Of a stretch of 64,000 nt of DNA, positions 18,873-27,281 are shown piece by piece. Source of the DNA: Acidobacteriota bacterium. GTDB taxonomy: Bacteria > Acidobacteriota > UBA6911 > RPQK01 > JACQSY01. The DNA lies in assembly GCA_016211085.1 (NCBI GenBank), contig JACQSY010000043.1, positions 22,845 to 86,844 of the forward strand. Reading direction: 5' to 3'. Numbering within the stretch: the first letter of the stretch is position 1; every line of letters begins with the position of its first letter. The notes under the pieces were generated by a model, which saw nothing but the letters and a program-made list of their open reading frames with translations, did not search any database and had not been told where the DNA came from. The translations under genes were made by a program, and so were the position numbers.

Positions 18873-19271
18873 GTGATCTTTTCAACGAAGTGCCAACACG
18901 CCATTCGGGCATTGACCTACCTGGCCCGGTCGGGCAAGTCCTGCGCCCGAGAAATCAGTCGCAATCAGAAGTTGCCCTACCATTTTACTGGAAAGATACT
19001 TCAGGTCCTGCAGAAGACGGGCTTTGTGAGATCGGTAAGAGGTGCCGGTGGAGGGTTTGTTCTTACGCGGCCGGCAAGCAAAATCCGTCTTATCGACGTC
19101 TGGTCAGCTATAGATGGAACTGAGAAATTTGAGGGGTGCCTCTACGGTTTGAACCAATGCTCAGAGCTGAAACCCTGTCCTTTGCATGAGAATTGGACAA
19201 TCATGCGCCGTCACATAGAAAAGAACTTGAGCAACCAGAGCATTGCAGATCTGACTTACCCCAAGACATGA
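18873..19271 (+). CDS. Rrf2-family transcriptional regulator (NsrR/IscR-like, three-Cys Fe-S ligand set)
   Basis: N-terminal Rrf2 wHTH (MIFSTKCQHAIRALTYLA…ISRNQKLPYHFTGKILQVLQKTGFVRSVRGAGGGFVLTRPA) and C-x6-C-x5-C cluster (CLYGLNQCSELKPC); GTG start. Confidence 0.8.
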   Translation: MIFSTKCQHAIRALTYLARSGKSCAREISRNQKLPYHFTGKILQVLQKTGFVRSVRGAGGGFVLTRPASKIRLIDVWSAIDGTEKFEGCLYGLNQCSELKPCPLHENWTIMRRHIEKNLSNQSIADLTYPKT

Positions 19272-19433
19272 AATCTGAACCCGCTGAAAGTTGCGGCGGA
19301 CCTCTCAGAGAAACAAACACCTGCTTTCTGTCGGCGTAATCCCAACTTCACAGACTTTCAAAAACAGTAGCTTCAGGCCGAAACACCCTTTCTCTGGAGT
19401 GACCCCTATGGGCAGGGCTACACCTAATTATAA

Positions 19434-19868
19434 TTAATGGTGCCTGTCATGCCTCCCGTTGAGTGGGACCGCAGCTCTTCGCTCCCTCTCTATCAAAAAG
19501 TCGTCGACGACTTCGACAATCGGCAGTAGGTAAGCGTCAAGAGCGCAGTGCCCCTCACGCCGAAGATCACATCCAGTCCTGGGAAACAACGGGTTGCGGC
19601 AGGTGGAGCAGACTTCATCGCGCACTTTTTGGACGTAGTGTTCCATCCGATCGCTGTGAACCGAACTGACGATGTGTACCAAACCGTCCAGGTGGATGGA
19701 AATTGGGCACCGATCGAGTTTTTTAAGGCCGCAAAGACTATTGGGCTGCAGTTCGGGGCAGATAGGACAGATAAGGCTCTTTAATCTATCCTCCAGCTCC
19801 CGTGACTCCTGGCTCGTAAGCATATTAATCCATTCCTCCTTGCTAGCCGTCTGCGTTCGAAAAGGCAA
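19434..19868 (-). CDS. Cys-rich hypothetical protein (8 Cys, incl. CPICP and CSTC pairs)
   Basis: 144 aa ORF, convergent with Rrf2 gene; no recognised family. Confidence 0.3.
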   Translation of the reverse strand: MPFRTQTASKEEWINMLTSQESRELEDRLKSLICPICPELQPNSLCGLKKLDRCPISIHLDGLVHIVSSVHSDRMEHYVQKVRDEVCSTCRNPLFPRTGCDLRREGHCALDAYLLPIVEVVDDFLIERERRAAVPLNGRHDRHH

Positions 19869-20743
19869 GATTTATGCCATAGGCGCATCGCTCAAATCGC
19901 GAACACTCAAGCATTGGCGCTTACTGCTTGGCCGGCGTCTACAAAGACGAACGCAGACCGAGCGTTCCTGTTAGCGCCATCGGAAAGGATCCGCAAAAAT
20001 CATCTCTGAATGTGCAGTGCGGAAGAAATCAGAGAGGCCCGGCCCCGACTAGGAGCTTGGGGCAAATTGCTGTCGAGACCGGTTAAGAGCGAACTGAGGA
20101 AGGAGGCCCGTCTTCGGCGCGATTACTCCTGGGGCATGTCCGTCGCCGATTTCGAGCCTCCCGAGTTGGAGGTGTGACTCTGTTTTTCTGTCCTTTTACT
20201 CACGCAAGTTTCGGGCCAAAACTAGGATCCTTTTTGACACGGCGAAAAAAGGCTGAAAGCATAGCTGCTTGCGTGACAAAACGAGCTATGGCTACGAAAA
20301 GACACTCCGTCTGAAAACGCTGGCGCGTAAATTCTTGCGAGATTTGCCCCAGAGGAGTTGGCTTTGCGACCCAACTTTGCCGGCGGCGCTTGAGTCGAGC
20401 CATGGCCTTGATCTTCTAAGGGCGAGAACTCGAAAAGGATTCCACTCAAGAATTCCCGGCAAGTTTGACGGGGCAACAGGAGGCTTGGTGCGCTGTTTGC
20501 ACCGTTAAGGTTCTTTGAAGATGCGGGTAGAGTGTACTATTGACACCTGCAGAAGAAATGCCCGCGCCAGGCAAGCTCAGCGCGGTCTGACATCGGAGCC
20601 GCGGCGTGAGCGAGCGGCCACTGAGTGCTGAGGACTGAGCAACGATACTCGCTCAGCACTCAGTCCTGAAAGTGCCTGTCTCTATCAGGCACCGCGGAGG
20701 ACATTACTTGTGCAGGATGCAATACGTAGCCAGTGAGGAGCCA

Positions 20744-22036
20744 ATGAGGCCATCCGTATTTCAATCACTTCTTCCGGAGCGGGGGGACTTTTATTTTTTG
20801 TTCCTGCGCATTTTCACCCTGCTGGGGGGGATAGCATGGTACCTGCTGGTCCCCTATGAGGCCGAACGCCGCAATTTTCTCGCTTGGCTCCTGGGGGCGT
20901 ATGCCTTCTACACCGTATGTCTTTATGCATTGGTGATCCTTCGTCCCGCGGCCATTCGCATTCTCTACCTGGTGACCCTCGCAGTTGATCTCGGTTTTGT
21001 CTACATGCTGATTCTGCATGTTGGCCGGCTGAGGGGGAGTTTTTTCATCGCCTACTATCTCTTGACTGCAGTTCACTCGTTTTATTTTGGTCTGAAAGTC
21101 GGACTCCCTTCGGCACTGGTCATATCTGCCTTATACCTTTCCAGCTATTATCGCTTGAATGGTCCAGTGGTGATTCCGTGGCCTGATCTCATCTTGAGAA
21201 TCTCTTTCTTATTTCTCATCGCGCTCTCGTTGGGTCTTTTGTCCGACCGCGAAAAACGAATGCGGAAAAAACTGCTCGAGCTCAATCAGGAACTGAGCCG
21301 CAAGAATGCCATCCTGGAGCAAACATATCGACACCTTTCAATAGGAAAGTTGATTGGCGAGATTGCAGAAGGTATCAACGGTCCCCTCGGCACCATTTCG
21401 CTACGTTCGGAATTTTTGATGGCCGAAGCGCGCGACCGCAAGATGCCTGCTGAGTTCGCGCGCGGGCTTGAGGTGATGCATCGCTGCAGTCACCAGGTGG
21501 CGCAGGTGGTAAGAAGTCTCCTGGCATTTTCCAAACAGGAGTACGAGCAGCAAGCGCTGAACTTTAACGAGCTGGTGGAGGATGCGCTGTTATTAACGGA
21601 GCGAGGTTTCAAGGGAAAGAATATCACCGTTCAAAAGCAGCTGGAGCCACAGTTGCCCTCCGTTCTGGGAGATTCCTCCGAACTTAAGGGGGTATTGATC
21701 AGCCTCATAAGCAACGCCATCGACGCTTTGCCGAAGGGAGGGACGATCAGGCTGTATACCCGCACCAGTTTTGCTGAGGGCCGATCGGTTATCTGTGAGG
21801 TGCACGATAACGGAACCGGTATTCCGGAAGAGGACCTGGAAATAATTTTTAATCCTTTCTTCACTACCAAGGCCAAAACGGGGGGGATCGGGCTTGGCTT
21901 GTCCACCAGCCTCAGCGTGATGAAAAAGCATAATGGGCTCATTGCGGTGCGCAGCCTTCTTGGGAAGGGTTCGGTGTTCACTATGTCGCTGCCGGCTTTT
22001 CGTCCGGCGCTTCCTGTTCGCAAGGGCGCAGCCTGA
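20744..22036 (+). CDS. membrane-embedded sensor histidine kinase (polytopic N-terminus, HisKA + HATPase_c)
   Basis: Five to six N-terminal TM helices, H-box (…IAEGINGPLGTI…), N/G boxes (HDNGTGIPEE…GGIGLGLS); start uncertain (ORF opens at 20672). Confidence 0.8.
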   Translation: MRPSVFQSLLPERGDFYFLFLRIFTLLGGIAWYLLVPYEAERRNFLAWLLGAYAFYTVCLYALVILRPAAIRILYLVTLAVDLGFVYMLILHVGRLRGSFFIAYYLLTAVHSFYFGLKVGLPSALVISALYLSSYYRLNGPVVIPWPDLILRISFLFLIALSLGLLSDREKRMRKKLLELNQELSRKNAILEQTYRHLSIGKLIGEIAEGINGPLGTISLRSEFLMAEARDRKMPAEFARGLEVMHRCSHQVAQVVRSLLAFSKQEYEQQALNFNELVEDALLLTERGFKGKNITVQKQLEPQLPSVLGDSSELKGVLISLISNAIDALPKGGTIRLYTRTSFAEGRSVICEVHDNGTGIPEEDLEIIFNPFFTTKAKTGGIGLGLSTSLSVMKKHNGLIAVRSLLGKGSVFTMSLPAFRPALPVRKGAA

Positions 22037-22041
22037 AAGTG

Positions 22042-23397
22042 ATGGCAGAAAAAAGCAGAGTTTTGATCCTGGACGAAGCCGACATGGCGGAATCAATCGG
22101 GCTGATGCTGGCGCGTAAGGGATTTGATTGCAACGTTTGTGTGAACCGCAGCGAGCTCGGACGCGTCATTGCATCCACCCGACCAGACATAGTAGTCACC
22201 GGGGTACGGCCGTCGGGTGCGAAGTCCTGGACCATTCTCGAGGTCATCAAGAAGCAAAATCCCGATCTTCCTGTAGTTATTGTCACTGGGTTCGCGACCG
22301 TGGATGCGGCTGTCGAAGCCATGAAAAGGGGGGCTGCTGACTTCATCTGCAAACCCTTCCACGCGGACGAACTGTTTTTGAAAATTCAACGAGCCCTTAC
22401 CCACGTGCAAACTCAAGCGGAAAATTCGCTGCTTCGTCATCAGCTGTATGCCGACGATCACGTATTCCCGGAGCTTCTCGGCCGAAGCAGCGCTATGAAG
22501 CGCGTTTTCGAGATGCTGGAAAGAGTGCACGCCTCGGAGAGCTGTGTTTTTCTTACCGGCGAGAGCGGAACCGGAAAAGAACTGGTCGCACGGGTGATTC
22601 ATCGCATGAGTGCCCGACGCCACGAAAAATTTTTTCCGGTGAATTGCGCGGGAATGGCAGAGAACCTGTTGGAGAGGGAGGTATTCGGACACGAAAAGCA
22701 AGCGTATGCCGGCGCGGCCAGTGCCCGGAGGGGCCTCCTTGAAATGGCGGAACATGGGACCCTTTACCTGAAAGAGGTGGGTGAGACCTCGCTTTCCTTT
22801 CAGGCTAGCCTGCTGAACGTCCTGGAGCACAACGAATTTCATCGCGTAGGAGGGAACAGGGTACTCCACGCCGACGTGCGAGTGATTGCTTCCTCCAGAA
22901 ACAATCTGGACGATCGCATCGCTTCGGGCGCTTTCCGCAAAGACCTGTACTACCGACTGTGCGTGGTACGCATTCATCTGCCTTCCTTACGAGAACGTAA
23001 AGAGGACATTCCTCTGCTGGTGGACCATTTTCTTCACAAGCATGGGCGAAAGATTTCCAAACGGATCACCGGAGTCAGCGCTGAAGCGCTCCAGAAACTG
23101 GAGGCACATTCCTGGCCTGGGAATATCCGGGAACTTGAGAACGTGCTCGAGCGCGCCGTTATCATGGCCGCGGGACAATCAATCACTCCCGCAGATTTGC
23201 TTCTGGAAAGAGCTTCCGAGATCTCAGAACCAGGGCGCCTTACCACGCTGGAGGCCATGGAAAAACAACTGATTGAACGGACTCTGGTCGAGTGTAGGTG
23301 GAATAAGAGCGTAGTGGCCAAAAAGCTTGGCATTGGAAGACGGACGCTTTATGACAAGGCGTCTCGTTTCGGAATTGGCCTCAAACCTGCAGAGTAA
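22042..23397 (+). CDS. sigma-54-dependent response regulator (NtrC family: receiver + AAA+ + Fis-type HTH)
   Basis: Receiver Asp region, Walker A GESGTGKE, GAFTGA-like ESELFGHEKGAYAGA, C-terminal HTH; adjacent to kinase. Confidence 0.85.
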   Translation: MAEKSRVLILDEADMAESIGLMLARKGFDCNVCVNRSELGRVIASTRPDIVVTGVRPSGAKSWTILEVIKKQNPDLPVVIVTGFATVDAAVEAMKRGAADFICKPFHADELFLKIQRALTHVQTQAENSLLRHQLYADDHVFPELLGRSSAMKRVFEMLERVHASESCVFLTGESGTGKELVARVIHRMSARRHEKFFPVNCAGMAENLLEREVFGHEKQAYAGAASARRGLLEMAEHGTLYLKEVGETSLSFQASLLNVLEHNEFHRVGGNRVLHADVRVIASSRNNLDDRIASGAFRKDLYYRLCVVRIHLPSLRERKEDIPLLVDHFLHKHGRKISKRITGVSAEALQKLEAHSWPGNIRELENVLERAVIMAAGQSITPADLLLERASEISEPGRLTTLEAMEKQLIERTLVECRWNKSVVAKKLGIGRRTLYDKASRFGIGLKPAE

Positions 23398-23565
23398 TGG
23401 CTCACGAATCCAATGAACAAATGGGCTGCCGTGTCCGATGCGTTCATTGAGTACGCGTTAGTTTAGACATTCATTAATGCCATGAGGGACGCACCAAAGC
23501 CCGGCTTCGATGGGCCACTGGAGCGCCACTCCGAATCAATGGGCGAGCTAGACCTCGTCTGATTT

Positions 23566-23931
23566 TTGGGTTCACCCATGCTCTACCAAGCTTATGTGCC
23601 AGGCGCTTCAAACAGCACAGCCAAGAAAAAAATTGTATACCTCACACTGGTCACTGAATCGGATGCCGAAATCATGAGCGCTCAAGGTCTTGCTGCTTTG
23701 CGGCGCGAGCGCATGATGCGCCTTTGCCAGGAAGCTCAAGCGCAGGGAGCGCTCCTCGGCTATGAGGATCTGGTTCAGCTTCTCCTGAGCAGTCTCAGCA
23801 CCCTCAAAAGAGATCTGAGATTGCTGCGCAATCAGGGGCAAAGCGTGCCACTCTACCGCAAACGCCAGCGATCCCTGCTGCCACGCCAGATCGGCATTGA
23901 AAAACGTGCCGAGGCTGAAAGCACGCCTTAA
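23566..23931 (+). CDS. hypothetical protein
   Basis: 121 aa ORF between regulator and cytochrome operon; no motif recognised; weak. Confidence 0.25.
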   Translation: MGSPMLYQAYVPGASNSTAKKKIVYLTLVTESDAEIMSAQGLAALRRERMMRLCQEAQAQGALLGYEDLVQLLLSSLSTLKRDLRLLRNQGQSVPLYRKRQRSLLPRQIGIEKRAEAESTP

Positions 23932-24140
23932 GTTGTACTTTCAGAACCCTCGTCTTGGGCTCAAAAGGCCGCACAGACTGTGCAAAAATCACACACTTTG
24001 CCGTCTGTTTGAAAGCGGGTTTTCACCCATAACTGGTTCTAACCTCCCATCTTGGAATGGCTGTTCGAGTTCACACCCGGTCTCCTATTCAGGGCTAATC
24101 CAGAGAGAAACCGCTGCCTGGGCATGCCGCAATGCGCCAG

Positions 24141-24155
24141 GGCACGGGAATTGCT
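24141..24155 (+). promoter_or_regulatory. sigma-54 (-24/-12) promoter candidate upstream of decaheme cytochrome operon
   Basis: GGCACG-GGAA-TTGCT matches TGGCACG-N4-TTGCW with correct GG/GC spacing, ~140 nt upstream of ATG at 24294, next to a sigma-54 activator gene. Confidence 0.6.
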
Positions 24156-24293
24156 CAAGAAGTGAGGGACTTTTTAAAAAAGGAATCGATCAGGAGTGGC
24201 TGCTGGAAGGATCAAGCCAGGCAAACGCGGCCGGTATTGGCAGCCTGGTGATGCAGCGATTAACCACTTCAGTTCACCGTCGAAGGGGGTTTT

Positions 24294-26330
24294 ATGAAAA
24301 TTAAAGGACGCTTTCAAATCTGGGTCGTCGGCTCAGTAATGGTCCTTGGATTCCTCAGTGTCTTTCTTGCCGCCCGCCTGGAAGTGGATCAACAGTATGG
24401 TCCGCTCGATAAGGAATTTTATTTATCTGATACCCAAGTCCAATTCATCAGGCCGGGTTTGGAGTTTCAAATTCTTGAAGTGACCATTGGAGCCGATCGC
24501 AAGCCGGTCGTAAAGATTTCACTCAAGGATCCCAAAGGCTTGCCTCTGGACCGCGATGGCATTTTTACGCCGGGACCGATTTCAACTACGTTCGTTATTG
24601 GCTACATTCCTGCTAACGCCACTCAGTACACGAACTACAATATTCGGAATGTTGCCAGCACGATAACCGGAAAAACCGCCACTCAGGCTACCAGTGATTC
24701 CGGGGGAAAATGGGCCAAGGTGGAAGACGGCGTGTACACGTACACTTTTGGAAATGCGCTGCCGGCAGGCTTCGACGGAAGCCTCACCCACACCATTGCT
24801 GCTTATGCCCGGCGCGACCTGACGGAATTCAATTTGGATCGCTACGTAAAGAACGCCGTATTTCACTGGGTGCCCAACGGGGGGGAAGTGAAGCAATGGC
24901 GCGATGTCGTTCGCACTGCGAATTGTAACGAGTGCCATAACCCGCTTGCTCTGCACGGAGGGGCGCGGCAAGAAGTAGGGTTGTGCATCCTGTGCCATCA
25001 GCCGCAGACCTCCGACCCTGATACAGGTAACACCGTGGATTTCAAGGTCATGATTCACAAGATCCACATGGGTCCCAATCTCCCCAGCGCCAAGGCTGGA
25101 AAACCGTACCAGATTATCGGAAACCAGGGTAGGGTATTTAACTTTTCCGAACACGTGCTCTTTCCGCAAGACATCCGTAATTGTGAAAAATGTCATAAGA
25201 ACGCCACCCAGGGCCTTGCGTACCTGCTGAAACCATCCGCAGCCGCCTGCGGCTCCTGCCATGATGACGTGAACTTTGCTACGGGTGTAGGCCACCCTGG
25301 CGGACCCCAGGCTTCCGACAATCTGTGCGCCACCTGTCATATTCCCGAGGGGGAGCTGGAGTTTGACGCCTCCATTAAAGGTGCGCACAAGATCCCAGCG
25401 AAATCAGCAGAGCTGAAGGGCCTTCAGTTGAAGATTTTAGGGGTCAGCAATACGGCGCCCGGCCAAAGTCCCACAGTTCTCTTTACGGTTACTGAAAAGG
25501 ATGGAACGGCTGTTGCTCCGAGTTCTCTCAACTTCTTACAGCTGGTGCTAAGCGGGCCGACCAAGGACTATGAGAATCTGATCATTGAGCCGGCACGCGA
25601 TGCGGTTCCCACGGCGGATGGCTACACGTACACTTTCAAAGGGAAAATTCCCGAAAACGCCAAGGGGAGCTTCATGGTTGGCGGGGAAGCTTATCGCATG
25701 GTCACGCTGGCTGCTGGAACTACCAAGGAACGACAGGTCCGCGAAACCGCCAATAACCCCGTGCAGTACGTTGCCGTCACGGATGCGAACGCAGTACCGC
25801 GCCGCCAGGTGGTTGCCACCGCCAACTGCAACCGTTGTCACGATGAGATGGTGATGCACGGAACCATCCGGCACGATCCGGAGAAATATTGCGTCGTCTG
25901 TCATATTCCATCAGGTACGGACGCGGCACGCCGGCCTGCAGACCAAATGCCGCCTCAATCTCGTGATTTCCGCTTCATGGTGCACCGCATCCACACGGGT
26001 GCGGATTTGACGCGGGAGTTCTCAATTTACGGCTTTGGCGGAGCCCTGGAGGCGAACGAGATTAACTTCCCGGGCGACCGGCGCGATTGCGAAAAGTGCC
26101 ACGTGAATAACTCCTATCGGCTGCCTCTGGCATCCGGCCTGCAACCGGTGCCGGTGCAGCGGGAATTCTTTACTCCCTATCCTCCCACGACAGCCGCGTG
26201 CCTGGGCTGCCATGACGGCGAAGCCGCGGCCGCTCATGCTTACACCATGATCACGCCGTTTGGTGAAGCGTGCGCTGCGTGCCACGGTACGGGTAGAGAA
26301 TTCGCTGTCGAGAGGGTTCATGCCCGTTAA
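24294..26330 (+). CDS. MtrC/OmcA-like decaheme c-type cytochrome (two pentaheme halves)
   Basis: Ten CxxCH motifs (CNECH, CILCH, CEKCH, CGSCH, CATCH | CNRCH, CVVCH, CEKCH, CLGCH, CAACH) split 5+5 over 678 aa; N-terminal hydrophobic signal/anchor. Confidence 0.65.
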   Translation: MKIKGRFQIWVVGSVMVLGFLSVFLAARLEVDQQYGPLDKEFYLSDTQVQFIRPGLEFQILEVTIGADRKPVVKISLKDPKGLPLDRDGIFTPGPISTTFVIGYIPANATQYTNYNIRNVASTITGKTATQATSDSGGKWAKVEDGVYTYTFGNALPAGFDGSLTHTIAAYARRDLTEFNLDRYVKNAVFHWVPNGGEVKQWRDVVRTANCNECHNPLALHGGARQEVGLCILCHQPQTSDPDTGNTVDFKVMIHKIHMGPNLPSAKAGKPYQIIGNQGRVFNFSEHVLFPQDIRNCEKCHKNATQGLAYLLKPSAAACGSCHDDVNFATGVGHPGGPQASDNLCATCHIPEGELEFDASIKGAHKIPAKSAELKGLQLKILGVSNTAPGQSPTVLFTVTEKDGTAVAPSSLNFLQLVLSGPTKDYENLIIEPARDAVPTADGYTYTFKGKIPENAKGSFMVGGEAYRMVTLAAGTTKERQVRETANNPVQYVAVTDANAVPRRQVVATANCNRCHDEMVMHGTIRHDPEKYCVVCHIPSGTDAARRPADQMPPQSRDFRFMVHRIHTGADLTREFSIYGFGGALEANEINFPGDRRDCEKCHVNNSYRLPLASGLQPVPVQREFFTPYPPTTAACLGCHDGEAAAAHAYTMITPFGEACAACHGTGREFAVERVHAR

Positions 26331-26379
26331 TCTCAGGTTGCGGGCGGGGGGCTGCAGAGCCGCGAACATTACCCGCGAT

Positions 26380-27270
26380 ATGATCCCCCCGCTCGTTTTT
26401 CATAATCGCGGTTCTGTAGCGTTTCTTTGGGGACCGGTCACAGTGCTGTTACTACTGATCCTGGCGCTGGGCGCCGGTCCCGCCCGCGCTCAGGCGCCGC
26501 CGGAAAAAGTCGGTAACGAGACTTGCCTCAGCTGTCACGATGTGGAACCGACGCTCTCCAGAACCCCTCATGCTGCCAAAGAATGTGAAAACTGCCACGG
26601 GCCGGGAAGCACTCACGTTGAAAACGGCGGAGATCTGAGCCTGAGCTTTCGGGCCAATCCAGCCCCATGGGCCGTGACGCAGTGTCTTTCCTGCCATCAG
26701 TCCAACACACACCTCACCGCCTTTCGTGCTTCCGCTCATGGAAGAAATTCCGTCGCATGCGTTTCCTGCCACCAGGTTCACCAGGAGCGTGCGGAGTTTG
26801 GACTCCTGAAAAAAGACCAGGCTGCTGTTTGCACGGATTGTCACCCGGCGACTCGGGCAGAGCTGCGCAAACCGTTCCATCACCCGGTTCTGGAAGGGGC
26901 AATGCGTTGCAGCGACTGCCATCAGCCGCACCTGGAAGAACGCAGGCCGCTGCGACGCCTCGTGCATGGATCTGACGATAGTTGCCTCTCGTGTCACTCT
27001 GATAAGAAAGGTCCTTTTATTTTCGAGCACGCTGCGGTAACGGTGAGTGGCTGTGAAACATGCCATCAGCCGCACGGCTCGGTCAATGCGAAGCTGCTCA
27101 GACGAACGCAAGTGCACCAACTTTGCCTGGAATGTCATAGCCGGACCCCGGGAGTGGCCGGCAAACAGCCTCCCGCATTTCACGATATAAGGACCGCGCG
27201 TTTCCGGAACTGCACGACCTGCCACCGTGAAATCCATGGTTCAAATGCCAGCCGGATCTTCTTCAGATAA
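26380..27270 (+). CDS. MtrA/PioA/MtoA-like periplasmic decaheme c-type cytochrome
   Basis: Ten CxxCH in ~300 aa (CLSCH, CENCH, CLSCH, CVSCH, CTDCH, CSDCH, CLSCH, CETCH, CLECH, CTTCH), signal peptide; size/heme density of MtrA. Confidence 0.7.
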   Translation: MIPPLVFHNRGSVAFLWGPVTVLLLLILALGAGPARAQAPPEKVGNETCLSCHDVEPTLSRTPHAAKECENCHGPGSTHVENGGDLSLSFRANPAPWAVTQCLSCHQSNTHLTAFRASAHGRNSVACVSCHQVHQERAEFGLLKKDQAAVCTDCHPATRAELRKPFHHPVLEGAMRCSDCHQPHLEERRPLRRLVHGSDDSCLSCHSDKKGPFIFEHAAVTVSGCETCHQPHGSVNAKLLRRTQVHQLCLECHSRTPGVAGKQPPAFHDIRTARFRNCTTCHREIHGSNASRIFFR

Positions 27271-27281
27271 TCGAGGACCCT

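Noticed and set aside
22093-22977. 294-aa minus-strand ORF inside the NtrC-type regulator gene
   Set aside because: Antisense to a well-supported AAA+ domain; no motifs.
24582-25388. 268-aa minus-strand ORF inside the MtrC-like gene
   Set aside because: Antisense shadow; plus-strand heme motifs are regularly spaced.
26260-26379. N-terminal extension of MtrA-like ORF overlapping the end of the MtrC-like gene
   Set aside because: Signal peptide starts at the internal Met (26380); extension overlaps the upstream gene.
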